Shown here one piece after another: positions 55,601 through 64,000 of a stretch of DNA of 64,000 nt. Every line of letters starts with the position of its first letter. Positions within the stretch are counted from its first letter, which is position 1. The position numbers and the translations under genes are program-made. Origin of the DNA: the human T2T-CHM13v2.0 reference genome, Homo sapiens; the NCBI RefSeq assembly GCF_009914755.1, contig NC_060928.1. The stretch is one strand, 5' to 3'. Below the pieces are notes generated by a model. It made no database searches, was not told the origin of the DNA, and was given only the letters and a program-made list of their open reading frames with translations.

Positions 55601-57957
55601 AATGCAGTGATCTTAGAGATCAAAATAGGGTTTACAATCCTCAAGGTTCACCTGCAAGCTTTTCAATTCCTACCTGTATCTGTCACCTGCTGTCTGATAT
55701 AACTGATGGAAGATAAGACAATAAAAGCCTAAGTTAGAGATTATGTGAAAAACAAGCACAGCAAAAACCTCTTCCTAATAGCATCATCATGCTTCTGCTA
55801 TGCATTGCATGACCACCTATGACTGTGCTTGGGGAGATCATTATTTTTCTTTCATAAATGGATCTCATAAAGCTCTATGGTTTTTATTATGCACAATGTG
55901 CAATTCCTCATAGTTTTACAATAACATATAAGAATCATCTATTCTCCTTACAACTGTTCCATAGTGTGCAAAGTGCAAGATGTCATAGACAAATGTTCAC
56001 GTTTTTAAGACAAGTTTTTGTTAGTTAGGATAAAATAAAATGACTTTAAGATGTTTAGAGGTAAAATATGTCCACACTATTTGTTGACGTTGTGAACATA
56101 ACTCCCAGGAAATGGGACTGAGTCCATTATTTGCCCTTATCTTGAGTTTAATAGAGTACTTGGAACTAAAGAGTGTCATTTTGGGACACAAATATGGTAC
56201 CTACTGTATCCATGAATGAGACTGGGTTTTTAAAAATGTGTATTTAGATAACTGTAATGCTGAATGCATCATTTGGGACTACTAGCATACACAGGAACAT
56301 TGAGAATTCATTCTTATTACGATACTGGTTCTGTTTGCATTTACCTGTTGGATGACCTTCTTTGGAAGTTTCACAGGAAATATACAACTCATAGTGTTGA
56401 TAATCTCTCATTGCGTTTCTCAGAAACAAGACTTTATTATACACACTTAAGTCTGCTTAAAATGACTTCAAATGTTTTTAATGTGGTTACCACCACAAAG
56501 ATTTCAGTATTTTATGAAACTTCTTAATATTCTCTTTTCTTACTTTATATCACAGTCCAGTTATTATAATTGTTAATTTGCTCCATGGCTGCTTCTACCA
56601 TTCATATCATTCATTTGTTGCCTTTATTTTGTCTTTATCTTGTCACAAAAACAATTTGTGACATTAGAAAATAGAAGTCTTATATATACTTTTATTAACT
56701 TCTTCCTTATATATTTGCATCAAAATTTACTAATACCAGTGTTGGAATATATTTGTCAGCATAGCATACTGTCATATTCCCTATGTTACACTCTTCTAAA
56801 GGTGTCACATCCACAGTTTGAATTTCTAAGCCCTTTTATCATATAATCACAATGCTGCTGCCAATATTATTATATCTAGTCACTAAAATTTTTATAACAT
56901 TTTATGGAAAAAATTAATAGCAAAGTCTAAGCATTCAAAAATTATTTATATTTTGAACATAAAATATATTTATAAAATAAAAATGAAATTTCAAAATTCC
57001 AAATGATAAAAAAAGACTTTCTGCATTTATATAAGAGTCAAAGTCAAGAAAGTTTAATATTGACATTCTACAGAGTTACCTCTGGAGATTTTTGGTAAAT
57101 GTCAAATTTACCCTTGTCTAAAGCTGTCATTTTTTTAAAAGGAAAGTATTTGGCCTTAGAGGCTTAAGGATAGAATTTCCAGACATATACTTACAGTTTG
57201 TCTTTTGATTAGCTGTTTGAGTGCAAATAAGGCCCCGTTTATATAGAGGAGAGAAGTACTAAATAATATTATTCTTAGAATTCTCATTCTTTTCGTTACA
57301 GAAACCATGGCACATTTTTCCAAAGGTTAATTTGCTTTAGAACTTTGTAGCTCAACCCTTTATTATAGATTACTTCAATTTCCCTGGAGTGGAGGTCATA
57401 CTAATCAAAGAAGGGACAAAGTGAAAAATGTATAGCTCTAGTGAATAAAATATTTGTCTAAATATTGGAACTTATAGAAAAAAGGCATAAGACTTTAGTT
57501 ATTCAAACTAGTTTGTGTAAGACTTGATTAAGTCTATGTGCAGATTTCCTTAAAAATAGTCATTCCTGAAGTCAAACAGTGATTCAAACTTATCCTTGTT
57601 GATGCTTCACTAGTATTTTGCCTATCTCTAATTGACCCTCTAGTGTTTGTCCCGCAGATGTTATCACACAAGGATTCATTTTACTTTTAAGTTCCCAACC
57701 TCAGCTCATTCTCACTCGCCCTCAATAATATAACTTGTCTCATACCTAATAGAAAATCCTGAGTTTTTTTCTCATATCCTGATCTCACCTCAGTATAGCA
57801 GTAAAAATATATATACCATTTGTGAAATTAGCGTACAGTCATACCTTGTCTCTGGTTATCATCTTTTAATATATATGAGGCTTTAGCTTCTGAATATATG
57901 CCCTTCTTTTCTAACATGTCCAAACTCTTGTTAAGTGTATCTTTCTTTATTAATGTA

Positions 57958-58254
<297 letters not shown>

Positions 58255-58511
58255 CCAGATCTTTTGAAGCGTTTGGTGTCACTGATCACCCATGATGTGT
58301 AATTTTTTTACATTTTTCATGATATTGTGGCCTGTTGGGATTCTTAATACAGTGGTAAATTTCTTGTCTGTATCACTATCTCTTTTTATTTCCTTTTCTT
58401 ACCTCCCAGGTGGTGTCTCTAAAGCTTGAGTTTCCATGCATTAAAAGTAATATTCACAACATCAATTAAGCATTTATAACTAATTTACAAAAAGTTTTGA
58501 TTAAATCTAAA

Positions 58512-59180
58512 TTTTTTAAATTTTTATTTGACAATCATTGTATCTATGGGGTACAACATGATGTTTTGATATACATATACATTGTGAAATAATTATCACA
58601 ATTAATCTAATTAATAAATATATCCCCTCATATACTTTTTCGAGGTAGGAACATATAAAATCTACACTTTTCACAATTTTTAAATACATAATACATTACT
58701 ATTGGCTGTAGTCACTATGCTATATAATAGATTTCTAGAACTTATTCCTCTTTTATAACTGAAACTTTGTACCCTTTGACCAATATCACTCCATTCCCCA
58801 CCCCTTATCTTTTCCAAATGTGATAACCACTATTCTACTCTCTACTTGCATGAGTTTTGACTTTTATTGATTCCACATATAATTGAGATCATGCAGTATT
58901 TGTCTCTCAGTGCCTGGCTTATTTCACTTAGCATAATGTCCTCCATGTTGTTGCAAATGGGAGAACATCCTTTGATTTTAAGGCTAAATAGTATTGCGTT
59001 GTTTATATACACCACATTTTTTATCCATTTGTCAACAGACACAGGTTTTTTGTGTTTTCTTAATATCTTTGCTATTATCTATAATGTTACAATACACATA
59101 AGAGTGCAGATAACTCCTCAAGGTATTGGCTTACTTTTCTTTGGATGTATATTCACATTGTGATGGTTGGACCATTGGTT
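58512..59180 (-). mobile_element. L1MA (MA5-9-like) 3' end
   Basis: TATGGGGTACAACATGATGTTTTGATATA..AACTGAAACTTTGTACCCTTTGACC..TGGCTTATTTCACTTAGCATAATG. Confidence 0.9.
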
Positions 59181-61695
59181 CACAGACCGGGAAAGGACAA
59201 TTAGAGGGCATCTTCTGGATAATGCTTTAGAGTCCACTGTATGAGAAAATCTTTCTACCTCTCTTTAGGAAAGGAGGTCCTGATACTTGAAGGAAGGTCC
59301 TGTGTCATTATCTCTCCTGTCAAGTTCAGTTAATTGACATCAAGCTACAGATCCTCTCAACGTAAACACTGAGCCTGAAGTTCTTAGAATTTCACTTCCC
59401 AGAAACAAATTGTAGAAATAGGTCCCGGCTCTCCAAAAGTGACACCTGCTTATATCACAGGCTGGTTCTGGTAGACCCGCTACTTGTCAATCAGGTTCTT
59501 TGCACTTATAGATTTATTATTTTCATGTCTAAAATGTCCATAACTTTTAATTGCTCTGAAGCACATTGATGTCATCATGAGTTAAACACCTTTAATTCAG
59601 GGAAAATCTTTTAATGCACAAAGATAATTTAGATTTATAAAATTTAAGTCAAATTTCAAATGGATTAACTTTAGTAAAAACATAAAGAGGTTTTCTTTAA
59701 CCTGGCTAACCTTTTCTGATGTATTTTTCCCCTGTTTTAAAGCAGTTTTATTTCTATAATCTTAGTCATTTTTGTCACTGTAAAATTTGTCACAACCTTC
59801 ATATAACAGTGAACAAACTCAAATTCAGTCCTTTTCTTAGCTCCTCATGTCCTCTTCAAATATCATCAGACAGTTTTAGATAAACAGTTTTATCTAACCT
59901 GTTTTACTGTAATATTTTTTTCTCCATTTTCATCCTCAACGTATCTCTAAATTAAAGAAGGACATCCTATTTTCCCACACTTTGAGAGTATGATTTTATG
60001 GCAAACCATAAAATCTTCTCTGTAGCCAGGAGCAATGATGACCATCTTGTAGGCATATGTCTAAGGAGGTTATCTCTTTCCATTTCCATAAAGTTGAAAT
60101 CTCAGTAAGTGCTTGTACATCTGTTAGGAAAACTGAAAAGCGAGCAAAACCTTTATTATGAAAGCCTCAATATTTCAAGTCAGCGAATCTCACTCTTTTT
60201 TAAAAATGTTGTGTTCCAAGATGTGCAGGGTATTTAGCAGGTAAGATATTTTCATTTTGGGGGTAAGAAGTTTATAATCTAAATAGAAATTGCAAAAGTT
60301 TACATTTGTGTCATATTTGACACATGCAGATCAAAAACTAGTTTGTATCTGGACAAGATATCAACGATCATTTGTTTCATGTTTTCTGCCGTTTCATTTA
60401 AATCCTTTTGAAAATCAAGATAATTTGAAACTCTACCTTTCAGATTAAACTGTACCAAAGTTCAACATACTTGGTAAACCTAGGGAGCATGACTATTGAT
60501 AAGATCCCCATAATTATTATACTGTAAAAGACCAAAATGTCTGTTATTAAAATATTCCTTTGTGTCTGCCCACAGGATATTCTGTTGTCACCTCTGAGTC
60601 AGAAAACGTATTTTACTCAGTTTGTACATACCTCAAGGGAACAATGGGGAAGTGTGTGTTTGTTCCTGTGGTTTGCCCATGCTAATGTAGCAGTCACTAT
60701 TTTCCATATACGATTAGTGTCTTTTTGGGAAATGAAAAATCTTTTGGTTGGTTTAAAAGCATTTGTATGTCTCATCCTGGATGTGAGAATTTCCATCGCC
60801 ATGTGTGCTTTCACATGCTCTGCTCTGCCAGGTCCAATCATAAATTCTTCTCTGCGGATTGTCTGATAGGCTCTGTTGTGATTATTTACCGCCCTGATCT
60901 AGTTGTATGTGTCCTTCCATCTGCCATTCAAATGACACAGTTGGTTAGCCCTCTTTTTCACTGATGTCTGGCTCATCTTGGCATTGGTATTGTAATCATT
61001 CATTCTCATTATTATTATCTTAATTCTTAGAAAATTTGGTCACAATATGTTAAAATGTCTTAAATCATAAAAATTAAGCCAGCATTATCATGATACAAAG
61101 CATTACAATTGAGTTTGCCATAGGAAAAGTCAACAATAAAATATTAACATTCGCAATTATAAACACAAATTGCACACGTAAGTCACACAATTGGGAAGGA
61201 TGCAACTGTGAGTGATCTATGACTGCAGATAAGAGTTGCTCATATCAGAGGTCAGAAAAAAGAGCAGAGACTACTGAAGGCTGATAGTCAGTGACATACC
61301 CATTTAACGCTAATAACAGTGTTGATTTTAGGCCCTATATTGATGACTACAATATGGGTTCTATATTTTCTCCCAAACTTTGACCCTCATTCTAAAAAAT
61401 AAGACTTTTCAAATCCTGGAGAGGAATTTTTTCCAAGGTGCAGCATTTTTATTGCTAAAATAAAAGAAATCCCAGAAAAATTTATCTGGACAATTTTTCA
61501 TTCCATTGTATTAAGCTGTAGCAACTATTTTGCCTACATGACAATACATGGAACAAACTACCTAATTCTTTTTTAGAAAGCTAAAAAAGCACTGGAAAGG
61601 AGAAGACAGAGAAGCAGCATGTTTGTTTGACTGGCACATTGGCATCCAGCAACCTTGCTGGGAAATGGAACAGCAGTTTATCAAAATAACAAACA

Positions 61696-61813
61696 GGCTA
61701 GGTACAGGGCTCATGTCTGTAATCCCAGCACTTTAGGAGGCTGAAACGAGAAGATTGGTTGAGCCCAGGAGTTTGAGACCAGCCTGGGAAACACAGTGAG
61801 ACCCAGACTCTAC

Positions 61814-61844
<31 letters not shown>

Positions 61845-61979
61845 CCAGGCATGGTGACATGCATCTACTCAGGAGGCTGAGGTGGGAGGATAGCTTGAGC
61901 CCCAGAGTTTGCAATGAGTCCTGTTTGTGCCCCTGCACTCCAGCCTGGGTGACAGAGCAAGACCCTGTCTCAAAAAAAA
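61696..61979 (+). mobile_element. AluJ with an A28 middle linker and small right-arm deletions
   Basis: TGAGCCCAGGAGTTTGAGACCAGCCTGGG; A run 61814-61841; GACCCTGTCTCAAAA end. Confidence 0.92.
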
Positions 61980-62079
61980 GAACACACGATAGTCAAAAAT
62001 ATTAGCATGTGAATAGATGTATACACATGAGACAATCTCTGAGAGTTCTTACGAGTAAAATCAGGAGACTGGAAATAAA

Positions 62080-62112
62080 TGTGTGTGTGTGCGTGTGTGT
62101 GTGTGTGTGTGT
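62080..62112. repeat. (TG)n microsatellite
   Basis: Direct reading. Confidence 0.92.
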
Positions 62113-62116
62113 ATAC

Positions 62117-62599
62117 TATAAATCAAAAAGTTTCTGAGAGACATCTCCATTAATTTAAAGGTTTACTTCGCTAAAGTGGAAGACGCACTAGAGAAAAAGA
62201 AATACAAGTTACAGTAAGATCTGTGGCCTATGCTTTTTTCAAAGAGGATCTTGAAGACTTCAATATTTAAAGGGGAAAGAACAAGCATGAGGGGGAGGAG
62301 GGAGAAAGAAAAAGAAGGATAGGCGATGAGGCAAGTGGTTACATTCTTGTGAGGCTTTGATTAGAGCTCACTGAATCCACATTTTACATGAGAAAAGAGA
62401 GGAGTGGGGAAAAATGTCAAATATGCATTTGTGTCATGCTTGGTAGATCTACATTTTACATAAGACAAAGTAAATGTAAAATTATAGCTGTCTGTCTGGA
62501 ATTTTTCAAGAGGCAGTTTTTTCATGACTCCATTCCCATGCTCAACTTTCCCTTTGGCATAGTGAGTTTGGGGCACTGAGATTTTACTTTGCTTTTGTA
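62117..62599 (-). mobile_element. MER4-group ERV1 solo LTR (MER4C/MER65-like)
   Basis: CTTCAATATTTAAAGGGGAAAGA and AACTTTCCCTTTGGCATAGTGAGTTTGGGG; 4-bp TSD ATAC at 62113-62116 and 62600-62603. Confidence 0.85.
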
Positions 62600-64000
62600 A
62601 TACACACATGCACACACATATATGTATATATATACACAAAATTTCTTCCTCTTACAGTAAGTAAACAAAATTATTATACACACATATGTACATATATATT
62701 ATATATACGTAATTTTACTGCTTTTACAGTATACCTGCTATTTAAACCACATATGACTAAACTTCTTAAATTAGGTTCCATTATTACATACATATGATTT
62801 TGCTTCTGGAAGGCAGCAAGATTAAAATAAAGAGTAATAAAGGAAAGAGAGAAAAAAGAAGAGAATATGAGAAAAACTGTTCTGAAAATTAATTAAAATT
62901 AGATGGAAAAAATAAAAATAGAAAATATTAAAGATATGTGTATTTGAATTGAACAAGATGAAATAATTAAGAATCTTAATATCTACTAGAAAATGTGTCA
63001 GGATTACTCCAATAATGTTGTAAATTTTATTAATATTTTTGATGGATTTAACATTTTATTAAATGTACTTTTATTATGGCAAAAATCACATTTAATAAAT
63101 GTGATGGCTTTAAGTATTCCTAGCAAAGACTGAAGTGTTGCAAATTAGAAAATATGTATAATCATCTACCGATATTAATTTCTATTCAAATACTTCACAC
63201 TACCTATTATGCTATCAAAACATGTCTCAAAATCTTAGAAGTATAGTAGTAGTCACCTTTTCTTTACCATTAATATCACTTTTATTTGAAGAAAGAAGTG
63301 CTAGTATTTTCTATTGAGCAGATCAGAACACGTTATTTGTACATTGCTTTGTTTTTTCAGTGTAAATACAATATATTTTATTAGTTTTATTCATTTTATG
63401 GGAGTTACATATATCATTGACACTAATTTCCAAAAGGCATAATAATGTCCATTTCTTTGAGGATGTTTAATAGATTAATACACCCTTTCTGATTCAAGCT
63501 GCATAGAACCTATTTAAACTGTCACCCCTATGCAAGTATTCACTACTATAGGTTAGATATTTGTAGTGTCTTAAAATAGTGCTATTCTGAACCTAAATCA
63601 ATAGTTACAAGTTAAGTTATATATTTTTGTAATGAATTATTTTATATCACAGGCACATTTTTAAGTAGATTATGTAAAGAAAAGAAGAATAGGAATTTAT
63701 AGACAATGGTGGTAAATTTACTTGTAATGGTGTTTATGGAAGATTCTTTGATTTCTTTGATATATTTCACATATATATGAAGTCTTATATTTTTCATAAT
63801 ATAAATTACATATTATAAAGGGAACTTCAGGTGTTGCATTTGTGAATAATATGAACAAAACTCAAATTATTGAGAGACATAGAGAAAAATGTCATTGATT
63901 TATTGCTGAAAAGCAAGAGGAACCCTATGTGTGCTGAATTTGGAATAAAGCATCAGATGAAACAAAAATTTGTGCTTCAATTGAGATTAGTGGAAAAAAC

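Noticed and set aside
57280-57331. Acceptor followed by Kozak ACCATGG (possible 24-nt microexon 57302-57325)
   Set aside because: ORF stops after 7 codons and the donor AAG|GTTAAT is weak

Overview
Primate (very probably human) nuclear DNA: AT-rich, CpG-poor and dominated by interspersed repeats. It holds about 10 Alus (J, S and Y types), several old L1s, MaLR/ERVL/ERV1 LTRs, Tigger, MER75 and MADE1 DNA transposons, MIR/L2 relics and microsatellites. I recognise no protein-coding exon, RNA gene, CpG island, CRISPR array or prokaryote-type system. Nearly all ORFs in the track are repeat-derived or chance, so the window looks like a gene desert or a very long intron. I found no convincing new biological system. 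The best-supported observations are: (1) a full-length piggyBac MITE (MER75) that still carries an open 51-codon PGBD4-like N-terminal ORF; (2) an ancient twin-primed (5'-inverted) L1 with a readable 17-bp TSD; (3) template-switch scars, namely a micro-inversion plus duplication, an 88-bp duplication with a templated spacer, and twin 20-bp palindromes; (4) a tailless Alu between TSDs; (5) + strand splice signals, including an AG|GT recursive-splice-like site. Repeat subfamily names come from recalled consensus sequences, and boundaries of old elements are approximate.
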